Made by a program: the position numbers and the translations under genes
Shown here: piece after piece, positions 1-12,991 of the stretch
Layout: each line of letters starts with the position of its first letter
Position numbering within the stretch: position 1 is the stretch's first letter
The notes under the pieces: model-generated
What the model was told of the DNA's origin: nothing
Database searches by the model: none
The model's input: only the letters and a program-made list of their open reading frames with translations
Source: Octopus bimaculoides
Taxonomy: Eukaryota
Assembly (NCBI RefSeq): GCF_001194135.2
Contig: NC_068992.1
Location: 22,503,023-22,567,022 of the forward strand
Direction of reading: 5' to 3'
DNA length: 64,000 bases

Positions 1-361
1 GCCATGCTGGAGCACCACCTTTAGTCGAGCAAATCGACCCCAGGACTTATTCGTTGGAAGCCTAGTACTTATTCTATCGGTCTCTTTTGCCGAACCGCTA
101 AGATACGGTGACGTAAACACACCAGCATCGGTTGTCAAGCGATGTTCGAGGACAAACACAGACACACAAACACATATATACATATACACATATACATATA
201 TAAGACGGGCTTCTTTCAGGTTCCGTCTACCAAATCCACTCACAAGGCTTTGGTCGGCCCGAGGCTATAGTAGAAGACGCTTGCCCAAGGTACCACGCAG
301 TGTGAATGAACCCGGAACCATGTGGTTGGTTAGCAAGCTACGTACCACACAGCCACTCCTG

Positions 362-364
<3 letters not shown>
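1..364 (-). mobile_element. SINE family A (tRNA-derived, CORE-like), 3' end cut by the window edge
   Basis: On the minus strand: tRNA-like head (GGAGTGGCTGTGTGGTA...GGTTCA), then ACCTTGGGCAAG CORE-like motif, central (TA/TG)n tract and tail GGTGCTCCAGCATGGC. Shares blocks with the copies at 3221, 12443, 49495 and 51464. Confidence 0.9.
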
Positions 365-440
<76 letters not shown>

Positions 441-999
441 ACATACACAGGCGTATTGGTATTAAGTAGACAGCTGCATCAAGCTGTAATTTTAGTCAAA
501 CAGTAATTTTTATGAATGCCAGCGGCCTTGTTTCCATTCACACATTCTCATTAAATTTGTTAACGATATAGAACTAGGAAAATCATTTGGCTACATGTTG
601 TATATAGTTTGGCTTTCCATCATATTCTATCGTATGTAAACAGTACAGTAGATATACAATTTGCTATCTTAGTTTGTGCTCTATTATATATTTGTGTCTA
701 TTACATGTCTTCACTTTTACCTATGTGTGCGCGTATGTGTGTGTGTATGTGTGTGTGTGAGAGAGAGAAAGAGATAAGGATAGATAGAGAGTGAGAGATA
801 GAGAGAGGGAGGGAGGGAGAGATTCAGCTGCAATTTACCTTGACACATAAAAAAAATCATTTCACTGACCACATTCGTTCTTTCTTTTCTTTAATATTGG
901 AACAACGTTGGAAAAGACAGAATAGTAAGCGTTGGGGAAGAGTATAATGGAGACAGGAGTTCATAAACTATGATTAGAAAAGGAAAACAAGAATAAAAA

Positions 1000-1074
1000 T
1001 AAGAACAACAACAACAGCAACAGCAATAGTAATAATGACAAACAATAACAACAACGGCAATGATGATGATGATG

Positions 1075-1128
<54 letters not shown>

Positions 1129-1170
1129 GTAATAATAATATTAACAATAATAATAATAATAACAAATACA

Positions 1171-1225
<55 letters not shown>

Positions 1226-1236
1226 TAACAATAACA

Positions 1237-1283
<47 letters not shown>

Positions 1284-1330
1284 TGCAATAACGACTGCAA
1301 AATAGCAATCAAAATAACAACAACAGGTTG
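1000..1330. repeat. compound (AAT/AAC/GAT)n trinucleotide microsatellite
   Basis: Directly visible; source of the poly-N/I/L ORFs in the track. Confidence 0.95.
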
Positions 1331-2035
1331 TCTGAAAGAATATTATTCCAAATATTAGCATCCTTTCATAGTGAAATTTCATATGTCACTCTACTGTGAA
1401 AGCAATTTCACCTGAAATGTCCCAAGATGAATGAGATTGTTCTTTTTCAGTTCTGGTTTCTTTCCTTTACTTCTTCTTCACCCTCCTCCCTTTTTTTTAT
1501 ATTTACTTGCAATGAGAAGACTATGCTGCAACAGTCATAGTTTCAGAATTCTATAGCTTATCCCCAGGCTTTATAATGTCAGTAATTTCAGAAAATATAT
1601 AAGAAACAAATTCAATTGGATCTATCAGACTAAGAATATTGGTCAATGCCAGAGAATGTTTGGTAATTCGGCAGTAGCGTTGAACTAATAACCATCAACA
1701 TATACAGATAGAAATACATGCATAAACGAACATGCATAAACACACTTAACGAATTCATGAATGTATTTGCGCGACATATTCATATACACATACGCGCATA
1801 CACATGCATATGTACCTACATGCATGTGTGTGTGTGTGTGTGTGTATGACTGTGCGTACGTGTGCTTGTGACTGTGTGCGTGTTTGTGTCTGTGTAGTAT
1901 ATTTTGCGTTGATTCACTGGCTTGCTACCCTATAATTTCCCCAACGTTTTGTCGGTTCCTCAAACAAGAGTAGCAACTCCTATATTATCTAGCTCGTTAT
2001 ATACATACATACATCCATATATATANNNNNNNNNN

Positions 2036-2091
<56 letters not shown>

Positions 2092-2881
2092 CACACATAT
2101 ATATGCATATATATATATGGATATATACATATATATACATATATATATATATATACATATACGTATGCATATATATATACATATATATACACATGTATAC
2201 ATTTTATTGAACCATTTTATTTAAATATTAAACTGATACGATTGTTGCAAAGAAGGATTAATTTCAATTTTCCCACAATAATTTTTTTATAGTAAAACGT
2301 AGACGTATTATAATTTTGAAATAAAAGAATTGTAATAAAATCAGAAGATAATCTAAAGGTGATGCACCACATTTGGAGATTAGGTGAGAGTAAATAAAAT
2401 GATGAAGCTATAAAATTTAGTCGATTAGAAGCTTTTGCAATAACTACAAGACAAACGGACGAACTGAGTCCTGGAGGGTTCGTAGCTATGACAATCCCTC
2501 TACTTTTTCCCTTTCAGATGTAGTGTTTCAGTGATCGCGTTATCCAAAGTGTCTCCTGTTTTTAAAGATTGTTGGGAATATATATATATACATATATACA
2601 TACATAATAGCGAAAATATGTAATGAATTGAAGTAATGGGAATGAAGGTACAGTAATCCTTCCTCATATAGCGCTTTATTATTTAAAGTTACGTCTATTC
2701 CTCTGTGATGTTTTGCATTTATAATAAAATGAATATATACAAATTATGAAACAAAATATTCATTACAATATTGTTTCTACTTCTGGAAATTTTCACCTAT
2801 CTCGGGGTGGGGTTTGGATTGTGACAGTCGAGGGATTACTGTATATTAACTTCACATGATATAATTGCACATGGCAATAAT

Positions 2882-3100
2882 ATTCTTTTCTACTCTAGGC
2901 ACAAGGCCCGAAATTTTCGGAGAGGTGGGGGAGCAGTCGATTATATCGACGCCAATACGCAACTGGTACTTAATTTTTTTGATCCCAAAAAATGAAAGAC
3001 AAAGTCGACCTCGGCGGAATTTGAACTCATAAGGTAAAGACAGACGAAATACAGGTAAGCATTTCGCCTGGCGTGCTAACGTTTCTGGCAGCTCACCGCT
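2882..3100 (-). mobile_element. SINE family B (tRNA-derived, Deu/Nin-domain-like), full length
   Basis: Minus strand reads GCGGTGAGCTGCCAGAAACGTTAGCACGCC...GAGTTCAAATTCCGCCGAGGTCGACTTTG...AAGTACCAGTTGCGTA...GGCCTTGTGCCTAGAGTAGAAAAGAAT; many copies in the window. Confidence 0.9.
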
Positions 3101-3220
3101 ATCGCATGGCAGTAATATTATTTAACTAAAAGTTTCTCCGTTGATTTGTCGTAGATATAAATTTATTCAGTTTTTTATCGTTTCGTAATTATAGTAAGGT
3201 TTCTCAAGTACGCAAACACA

Positions 3221-3423
3221 TTCTTTTATTCTTTCATTTGTTTCGGTCATTTGACTGCGGCCATGCTGGAGCACCGCCGGTAGTCGCAGGACTTATTCTT
3301 TGTAAGCCTAGTACTTATTCTGTCGAATCTTTTCGCGGAACCGCTAGGTTACGGGTCGTAAACACATCAACATCGGTTGTCAAGCGATGGTGGGGAGACA
3401 AACACATACACACACACACACAT

Positions 3424-3454
<31 letters not shown>

Positions 3455-3613
3455 CGGCAGGCTTCTTTCAGTTTCCCTCTACCAAATCCATTCACAAGGC
3501 TTTGGTCGACCCGAGGCTATAATAGAAAATACTTACTCAAAGTGCAACGTATTGGGACTAAAATCGGAACCATGTGATTGGGAAGGCAGCTGTTCACCAC
3601 ACAGCCACTCCTG
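3221..3613 (-). mobile_element. SINE family A, near full length
   Basis: Tail TTTCGGTCATTTGACTGCGGCCATGCTGGAGCACCGCC, central (CA)n/(TA)n, head ending CACAGCCACTCCT; matches 1-364. Confidence 0.9.
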
Positions 3614-3634
3614 TCATTAATATCAATAGCAGTT

Positions 3635-3783
3635 AAGGCGGCGATCTGGCAGAATCGTTAGTACGCTGACGAAATACTTTGCGGTATTTCAATAAATTAA
3701 GTACCAGTTGCGTACTGAGGTGGATCTAATCGAATGGCCCCTCCCCGAAAATCTCGGGCCATGTGCCTAGAGTAGAAAGGAAT
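3635..3783 (+). mobile_element. SINE family B, internally deleted
   Basis: AAGGCGGCGATCTGGCAGAATCGTTAG...GGTATTTC is joined directly to AATAAATTAAGTACCAGTTGCG, so the B-box and GCCTTTCATCC block are missing. Confidence 0.85.
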
Positions 3784-5123
3784 ATTAATAACAGTTCTTT
3801 ATATTCGTTTATCCGCACTCGACATCTTCAAACATTTTAAGAGTTTCTGCGGTTGTTTGTTGTTTATGTCTCTCAAAGAAACAACAATTTTACTGAAACC
3901 AAGTTGCTTACATAGAAGTATAGTCAATGCAGAGAGATATTATTGTGATTTTTATATAATAAAGTGTTTAATAAACCATCATTTTAAATTTCTGATCATA
4001 GATCACTGGGAAGAGAAACAGACTCAAAATGAATAAAAGCCATCACCTCTTGTTGCATCTCAAAAATGAAACTGACTTGCTGGTGTTTTAAGCGTGTTTG
4101 GGAAGTTAACCATTTTGAGAATGGGTGATGTATACACTGATGCTACGCATGCGCAGACAGATACTATATGTGTGTGTACGTACTTATATGTATGTCTGCA
4201 TGTATGTGTATATGTACGTTATTACACGTTAACACGTACGCACGCACACACACCCGCACACACATCTGTTGTTTTCGTGTTGCGTTATACACAAAAAGTA
4301 ATTTAACATTAAACTACAGAATTACTCAGTGCTGCTTATTAGGGTACATGCTTATCAAACATTTCGAAGAAGCGGAGTAACAGTGACTTCAATGTCCCAG
4401 TTAGATAGCCATCGTTGGACAGATTAAAGTCTAGCAGGCCAAATATTCAAAGTTACTGTTATCTAGTAAAAACTTTCTCTGACTGTCTGTCTTCTCTCTC
4501 TCTCTTTCTCTGTCTCCCAAATACAAACATGTATGTACATGTGCCACATGCATCCTGCACTGTTCAGGATTGTAACAGACGAGTTCACTGCAATACAATT
4601 TCTTTTCCTTATCAGGTCCTGCTCTGTTTAAGCCTATTCCAAAACAAATCGAAGAAGAAAAAGATCTCATCACCCTTACACGAAACTGGACAACATTTCT
4701 TTAAGGGATAACAGATAAGTCGCCTATATTTTAATACATTTCAGTTAACAACAACTGCTCACTTGAATGAGTCGTGTTATCACAAAAGTTCACTTAAAAA
4801 TCACTTAGTAAGTCCTATCACGTGGTGTTATTAAGTTAGAAATTGACTGGGCAAATCCATATTTTATCCTTCAATAAATTGAGGAGATTCCAATTGTGCG
4901 TTTGTTTCACCACTAAAATAAAATATAAATGCATACACTTCAAATGATCTGGTACGCCTTGCTTTTAAATCATTGCTTAAACATTCTTAGTAACTTTAGT
5001 GCATTCGAAGATCTCAGTACTAGAATTAACCAACTCTTTTCTTGTACACAGAAAGTCATTCTCTATATCTTGCTGAAATCTCACTGCTTCAACTACTAAA
5101 AATGTATACTTTAAAGATACATA

Positions 5124-5169
<46 letters not shown>

Positions 5170-5221
5170 CATATATGTACATATGAATATATATATACAT
5201 GTATATATGTACATATGTATG

Positions 5222-5261
<40 letters not shown>

Positions 5262-6102
5262 GTAAATAGAAATTACGTATATACATATATATATGTACAC
5301 GCAGACACTACACGCATATATGAATACAATAATATTTATTAGTACGTCCATACATATATACACATTCTTGTTAACATGAATAATGTACAAAATGATTCCA
5401 GCCTTCTGCTAGTTATGTTGACAATATATCACAGTTAATACTTGAGACGTGTTTATTTTAGAATTGAGGTTGTTTGTCCAAGTTAGATTTTGGCACCAAT
5501 ACTTTTGTCTAGATTGCTCTAAATCCATAATAGACTGCTATCTCTCACAAAACTATTAGTCACAATGTTATTCTTTAATTTTAATGCTTGTAATTGATAT
5601 ATAAGTAACTAAAATCTATAAAATTGACATACAAACGTTATGGTGAAAGCATTATGTAATATCCAATGAGAAAAATATGCAGCTACAGAAAATTTCCTCA
5701 AAATATATTTACCAAATATGTTGTATACAAGACTTGGTGCGCCAGCCAAGATCTGATTCCACACGATTTTCTCCGCTAATACAAACAAAAGAATCATAAG
5801 ATAATATGATGTTTGAATGATTGATAAATGATTTAGATGAGGAGCATTCATTGAAGAAGTACTATTTTAGTAACAGCATTTATTTCAATAAGAAAACCTG
5901 TTATGTGTTTCTCATTCGTGTATTTCTTGTTATTGTGATTTCAGTTCAGAAATATTAATTTATCAGAACGTGCACTATAACTAGTGTACTACTAGTTAAT
6001 TTGTAGATAAATTAACAGCTACACTAATTAGGAACTGAAGACGCCAGAGATGGCCTTAAGGAAGTAAAGTAAACATGAGTTTACATAAGAAATCCAAAAG
6101 GA

Positions 6103-6237
6103 AATTAATCTATCGACCTCGAAAGGATGAAAGGCAAAGTCGACTTCGGTGGAATTTGAAATCAGAACGTAAAGTCAGACGAAATACTGCTAAGCATTTC
6201 GCCCGGCGTGCTAACGTTTCTGCCAACTCGCCGCCTT
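6103..6237 (-). mobile_element. SINE family B, 5' part
   Basis: TCGACCTCGAAAGGATGAAAGGCAAAGTCGACTTCGGTGGAATTTGAA...CTGCCAACTCGCCGCCTT. Confidence 0.9.
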
Positions 6238-6650
6238 ATAATGAGAGACATATTAAAACGGCTGATAAGTCAGAGTCGAATCAGAGATACTAAAAAGTTG
6301 CAACCAAAACGGTTGTTCCAAAACGTCTCGGAGTCTCCCACGCTAGTGAGCCTGCGCGACACATCTAAGGACCAAGTCTTAGCAGAATTCTGTATATCGT
6401 AACAATAGCACCATATTTGACAGGCACACATGTATCGAAGTAATATCTCCTCATATTTGAAGCCAACGGAAAACACCTTACAATGATTCTCTTTCATTTT
6501 AAACTATATTAAATATATGTAACGGGAAGCCCTTCATAGCGTCTGCCACCTCAGGCTAGAACAATCGTGGAACTACGTGAGACTAAGGTGTAATCCCAAA
6601 CACTCCAATACTCCTAAATTCTCGAGCAGTTTAGAATAAGAACCAGATTT

Positions 6651-6755
6651 AGAAGTAAATTCTGGGGTCGATTTGTCAGACTGAACCCTTGAAGGTGGTG
6701 CCCCAGCGTAGCCATTGTCTAATGACTAAAATAAATAAAATATAAAATAAAGATA
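6651..6755 (+). mobile_element. SINE family A 3' tail fragment
   Basis: CTGGGGTCGATTTG...GAAGGTGGTGCCCCAGCGTAGCC...AATGACTAAAATAAATAAAA. Confidence 0.7.
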
Positions 6756-7803
6756 AAATAAATATTACTACCAAGAGCCATAATACAAGATGTGATCTGC
6801 TAATATAAACACACAGAAACATCCACACAACACATAAATACATATCAAAACATGTACATATAAATTGTATATACTCACACATACAACACAGCCATGTACT
6901 TGTATACTTACACATATATAAACACACGTATATAAACGCATATGTAGAATTTTACATTCATATGATTTGATAAAGATATCAGAAACGTTTGCTATAAATG
7001 AAATAGTCTAGAAACATAGAAACGCAAACCGAAGAAGTAGGTCAACAATGGGAAACTTCTATGGGAGAAATTACCTAAACATTTATTTGATGAGAAAACG
7101 CCGTTTACGTTGTTTTATAGACTTTATCAAAATAGGAAAACTTTGAAGTGAGATTTAAATGTTCAAGGCAGCTGCTAACATCCCAGCTATGTTTATTATT
7201 ATGATGAGATAGCAATGCCTGAAATTCCTTGTAGCCATATGCACAGACTACACATGTCTAAAAACGGCTTAACAGTCACAGAAAGATTTTGTATTCTTTG
7301 TTTTAATTTGTATACGCTTTTCATAGTTCCGCCTTGACACGCTGCGGGCGACTATTGTTTCCGTTGTGGATAAATAGAAACATTAACACAAATATACATG
7401 CATAGACACACAATTATAACTAACGCACGTATGCACAAATACATATACACTTTTATATGTATGCGTGGAGGTATATATAATATTTATTTTTAAGTATATC
7501 TCTACAGATTTTCTGTGAAATTTAGAGCCAATACTGAAAGTTATGACGTTTCTTATATGAATATTACTACGGAAATATGAATATGTCTATGTAATGCAAT
7601 CGAAGACAGAAAACTAGGTAATGAATGTATATACGTATTTCAAGAGTTATTTTCCTCCTTCAGTATCACAGCCAACCCATTAAATATCTTCGAATGCATT
7701 GCTAAAGTAGCCACTTTAGTAGGTGGTATATTATAGCTGATAAACAAAATGCGGTGTCCCTACGAACAATTAATAAATATACAAATCATAAACGACACAA
7801 ATA

Positions 7804-8796
7804 TATCAGGTCATTAAGAATGAAATGCCCGATTTTGAACTGAAAGCAATGCATTTAAAGTATGCACCTTAATTATCAATACAATTTTGCCATTTTATCG
7901 GAAGTTTATTTATACCGGCAGCGAAGAATTCTGGAATGCAAGAGGTGATGAAATCACGAAAGGCTGTTTTTGCATCTTCTTCAAATTTGAAGTTTTTTCC
8001 ATGCAAAATGTTGTCTAATGCTTGGAAAACGTGACAGTCAGTTGGTGCAATGTCTGGTGGCCGAGTATTGTCTTTCATGAAAATTGGCCTGTCTCTATTG
8101 ACCAATATCGGTTGTTTAATTGCAAGTTAAATCATCATTTCATCCAAACAGCGGATGTATATATCCGCTGCAATTGACTTATCAGGTCTTATGAAGCTGT
8201 AGTGGATGACACCAGCGTTGGATCTCCAATCAATCACCATTAGCTGTTTTTGGAGAATATTCTTTTTTGGGTTGTGTTTTGGCACCTCGTTTCTATACAC
8301 TCACCGTGCAGAACGCTTACTATTGTTGAAGAGAATCCAGTTTTCATCACACGTAAAAATACGATGCTAAAATAGTTCACTTTTATGGCGTGACAGCAAA
8401 CGACAGCTAGTTTCAAGACGACGTGTAATTTGATGCTCGTTCAGTTCGTGTTGTACCCAGTTGTCTAGTTTCTTTACCTTGCCGACCTGTTTCAGATGAT
8501 CCAATGCAGCTGGAATTGAAACATCAAACTTTGCTGCTGCCTCACGCGTAGTTTGAGATGTACCCGCATCTACTACAGTTTCTAGCTCATCCTTATCCAC
8601 CTTGGTCTCATGTCTACCACGAGGCTGATTTTCAAGAGTAAAGTCAACAGACCGGGACTTCTAAAATCATCCACGTACAGTGGGCTCATTCGCCACATCT
8701 TCACAAAACACCTCATTGATGTTTCAAGCTATCTAGTATGCATTGATTCCATGACGGAACTCATTCATAAACAACACGAAGTTTCTATCTATCCAT
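7804..8796 (-). mobile_element. degenerate mariner (Hsmar1/cecropia-like) transposase with one TIR
   Basis: Minus-strand pieces EFRHG..NINEVF..ANEPTVR, DKDELETVV..LDHLKQVGKVKKLDNWVQHEL (WVPHEL motif) and KDNTRP/PDIAPTDCHVFQALDNILHGK..GINKLPIKWQNCIDN align by eye to Hsmar1-type transposase, with stops, frameshifts and a deletion between DNARP and PDL. TIR-like TATCAGGTCATTAAGAATGAAATGCCCGATTTT at 7804. Confidence 0.9.
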
Positions 8797-9231
8797 GAGT
8801 TCACAAAATTGATTTAAAAGAGAAAATATAATCAGATCCGATGAATTGCACATCGAACGGAAAACACAGAAGGTCATCAACTCCTCTTCAGTTATCAACC
8901 ATATGGTCAAGCGCAATTTCAGCCATTATCGATTATATTGCTTCCACTCTAGAGGCACCGGCAAGAAATCTGCCAGGGATGGGACCAAAACGTAACAAAA
9001 CGAGTCGGGCTGGAGCCGAGACCATTAGTGGACGGACCAGGGACAAAACGATAAACGGAATAAAGGATTAGGGCGACACGAAGACAAGAATTAGAATGAT
9101 GATAATAATACATATACATAAAAAAAACAAAAACCTTAAGGCTGCAAGACATGACAAAAATGGGTAAAACGAATGAGAAACGGAAAAACTGCCCTAAAAG
9201 ATTGTAGACACAGCAGGGGTGGAGCGAGGAC

Positions 9232-9268
<37 letters not shown>

Positions 9269-9297
9269 TCTCTCTCTCTCTACATATNNNNNNNNNN

Positions 9298-9332
<35 letters not shown>

Positions 9333-9510
9333 GAAGAAGTGGATAACGAAAGAAAAGGAAGGACTCTCAACACGTTAAATAATAGATAGTTGCGTGTATT
9401 ATTTAAAACAGTTTCATCCGGTTCGAAGCATCTTAAAATTTCGCAGGCTTCTTTCAGAAACTTGTCTCTATGCAGCTTTAAATTGTTGAATGGAGATATA
9501 CAGAGAACCA

Positions 9511-9622
9511 TGGTACTTATTTTATCGACTCCTTGGCGGAATTTGAACTGAAAACGTCACGGCGGACGAAATGTCACTAAGCATTTGTCCGGCGTGCTAA
9601 CGGTTTTACCAACTCAACGCTT
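9511..9622 (-). mobile_element. SINE family B, deleted and diverged
   Basis: GGTACTTATTTTATCGAC..GGCGGAATTTGAACT..CTAAGCATTTGTCCGGCGTGCTAAC. Confidence 0.8.
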
Positions 9623-9900
9623 TATGTCAAAGTACAGTAATGGTTTCAAATTTAGGCACAAGGCCTGCGTGGTAGGGTATAAGTCATTTATAGCGACCCA
9701 CCTCGGAAATCAATTGGTCGTTTCTATTCACTACTAGAAAAGAAATAGAAAACAGCCAACAGCAATCATGTAGCTACATATATCTTTCTAAAACACATAA
9801 GGAATTGTATTCCTAGACATGGTCACAAATAGAAATTCTTTAATCATGAACGGTTTCAATGAGAGTGCGCCTGGTGTTGAAAAACAACTATAACTCAAAC

Positions 9901-10065
9901 TATTGGGTTGGCAAGGAAGTAATTTCGGTTATTTAGTGTGAAATTAAAGTACTTTTTTTCATGCAAAAATGAACTTTAATCAATTATATATTTTCCCTTT
10001 TGTTCGATGAACTTTTGCCATCTTTCTAGCAACTTCATGATTCCGCGCTCATCGAACGTCTGGTA
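9901..10065 (-). mobile_element. mariner (mellifera-like) 3' end with TIR
   Basis: TIR TATTGGGTTGGCAAGGAAGTAATTTCGG at 9901; minus-strand C-terminus QTFDERGIMKLLERWQKFIEQKGKYIID*. Confidence 0.85.
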
Positions 10066-10234
10066 GTTCTAAAGTATGCTAATAGTAACGGCTATCAAAT
10101 GTCAAAAGGAAAAAAAATCATAACATTGACGAAAGCCATTAAAACAATTAAAACTATTGCAGCGTGGATGGTGTTTATAAGCCATTTAAGAAACACACAA
10201 AAAACGTTAGATTCATTTCAACATTTAAATTCAA

Positions 10235-10285
10235 TTTACCAAAATATTTTCGTCGCTTTGAGACGGCGACCTGTTCACTGATAAA
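10235..10285 (-). ncRNA. minimal type I hammerhead-ribozyme-like fold with G3-C8 core variant
   Basis: Minus strand: UUUAUCA-GUGAACA-G-GUCGC-CGUCUCAAA-GCGAC-GAA-AAUAUU-U-UGGUAAA. This gives a 7-bp stem I, 5-bp stem II, GAA, palindromic stem III and a UUU site. The fold was read by eye; activity is untested. Confidence 0.65.
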
Positions 10286-12442
10286 ATTCCGTGCTGCATC
10301 TCTATTTGCCAAAAAACGAAATTGTAACTCTATAACCCAAAATAACTATAAGAATTTGAATAAATTCAAATAGACATCAATTTCTAAGTTCAAAATCTTG
10401 TTTTTCGAGGAAGTTAATTGAGTGTAACTTCATAAATTCACTGTCGACTACCCATGCAGCTATCTAAAGATATAACCGAAACTGCATAAGTTAAAATCCT
10501 AAACCCTCTGCTTACGACTGAAATGATGCTGTGAATATTATAAGCTGCAATGCGTTTAGAAAACTACAATTCAAGCGAGATATCTGTAAAAGGACAAAAA
10601 AAAAAAAAAAATATATCGACACTGCGCATGGCTAAAATTTTCTTGCCTCGTAAATTACTGTAATGATTTCTAATGTCTTGTCCATATGGTATCAGCCAAC
10701 ATTAGAAAATGTTTCAACATGCATGTTCGTCAGCGAATAAGGCTTTGTAGAGATATTATGTCTATTGTATTACTTCTCACGCATTACTTATTTGTTCAAA
10801 TACTTTAATTTGTGAATGAAGTATGTGCTCTGTCATTTCAAATCATATATGTTTGTATGCAGAACTAGGTACGTCAACGGGGTTGGTGATGTAAGTATTA
10901 TAAATAAGTGAAGATGTGATGGAGACCCGAAGTATGAGACTATAAGCAGATTTGTATTTCCCTTTATCCAACTCAGACTTTTTATGCTTTTGAATAAGAA
11001 ACAAGACGATGTTCAACTAAATAACCGACTCCTCGGTTATTGAATTAACATACGTATTGACATAGAGATTATTTACAGAAAATCATAATAAACATCGTTA
11101 CTCATAGCTTACTCATACTTATTAGTCCTAGATTATATGACAAACTTTAAATTTTTTTTTAGATCTATGGCATATAATAATTTGAAATATTGAATTACCA
11201 TGTCCACACACAATAGCAGAGTGACTCATTTTGAATGAATGAGATTTTCTGAACAAAAAAAAAGTTTATAATTACTATTTATTGAATAACACTTACCATA
11301 GATTTCAAACAATATATTTCTTCATCAAAGAATTATTGTAACATAGAGTCTACTGAATTATGAGTAAATATTAACTCGAAATCGAATTAAAACACACAAA
11401 AGATTTTTGTACGCAATGCTTTGTTTTCATGCCACTATATTTAACATTTGTTAAAAAAGATAGCATCAGCGCACAGTAATGTAATTTGTAGGAGGAAACT
11501 AAGTAAAACCTGTCTATATATCAGAGTTTATTCGGTTCATAATTATAGCCTTCTATATAACGCCTGACCTGTAGTCAAAGAATGCAGCAGATCTCGCCAT
11601 AAGTATCTTACTAACTTTACAATTATTCATTACGCTATAGAAACCATTACCTCATCGTTGTTATATATCTAAAGATACTTAGTATTATATAAAATGTGCA
11701 CAACCAAATGAGATTATATGATCTCATTAACGTGACTTAATGCAAAGCTATCTTCAAATCGAGGTTTCTTTACAGCTTTATCATATTTTTACTTCTTACC
11801 GAATAAAATTACATTTTTCTTTTAAGTTATCTTACCTGAAATATCTGCACCCAATGGTACATGAGTGTTCGAACTAAACGTGAACCATTGTTTAATTACG
11901 GGAATATTCATATATAGCAGCATTGCTAGAGAACCAACCATATATACGTGTGTAAATATCAATATCAATATACATACACAGATACATACATACATATTTA
12001 CATAGATGCATATATATATATATATATATATANNNNNNNNNNNNNNNNNNNNNNNNNNNNNNNNNNNNNNNNNNNNNNNNNNNNNNNNNNNNNNNNNNNN
12101 NNNNNNNNNNNNNNNNNNNNNNNNNNNNNNNNNNNNNNNNNNNNNNNNNNNNNNNNNNNNNNNNNNNNNNNNNNNNNNNNNNNNNNNNNNNNNNNNNNNN
12201 NNNNNNNNNNNNNNNNNNNNNNNNNNNNNNNNNNNNNNNNNNNNNNNNNNNNNNNNNNNNNNNNNNNNNNNNNNNNNNNNNNNNNNNNNNNNNNNNNNNN
12301 NNNNNNNNNNNNNNNNNNNNNNNNNNNNNNNNNNNNNNNNNNNNNNNNNNNNNNNNNNNNNNNNNNNNNNNNNNNNNNNNNNNNNNNNNNNNNNNNNNNN
12401 NNNNNNNNNNNNNNNNNNNNNNNNNNNNNNNNNNNNNNNNNN

Positions 12443-12479
<37 letters not shown>

Positions 12480-12654
12480 CGATGAGTTTCTTTCAGTTTC
12501 CGTCTACCAAATCCACTCACAAGGCTTTGGTCGGCCTGAGGCTATAGTAGAAGACACTTGCCCAAGGTGACATGCAGTGGGACTGAACCCTGAACCATGT
12601 GGTTGGTAAGCAAGCTACGTACCATACAGCGACTCCTACGCCACTCCCACGCCT
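12443..12654 (-). mobile_element. SINE family A, 5' half (central microsatellite runs into a gap)
   Basis: TTTCAGTTTCCGTCTACCAAATCCACTCACAAGGCTTTGGTCGG...CTTGCCCAAGGTG..GGGACTGAACCC. Confidence 0.9.
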
Positions 12655-12991
12655 GTATATATATATATTTTTATTTATATATACACATATACATACATAT
12701 ATACATACACACACATTTATATATATGCTGATATTTGATTGTGTATCTAAAAGTGTCTTTTAGAATATCCATAGGCACACCATACTTACGAAATATGCGA
12801 ATTAAAACGCCAATTTGAACATTTAATCTTGTCATTTTTGGTTTCATTCACCTCTTCATTATAACCTTTCGCTTTCAACAAAATTGTCTGTTTGTTGTCT
12901 AAAGCACGATCTCTTTCTTGTACTAAATTCTGAAGGCGTATTGGCTTTCTGACTGATTGCACCACGAATAATGATATGTAACTTGGAATTC

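Noticed and set aside
891-1382. Long poly-I/L/N ORFs here and similar poly-YI, HT, CV and X ORFs throughout the track
   Set aside because: They are translations of microsatellites and N runs, not genes.
4616-4704. Acceptor plus short frame GPALFKPIPKQIEEEKDLITLTRNWTTFL*
   Set aside because: Too short, with no recognisable homology or linked exons.
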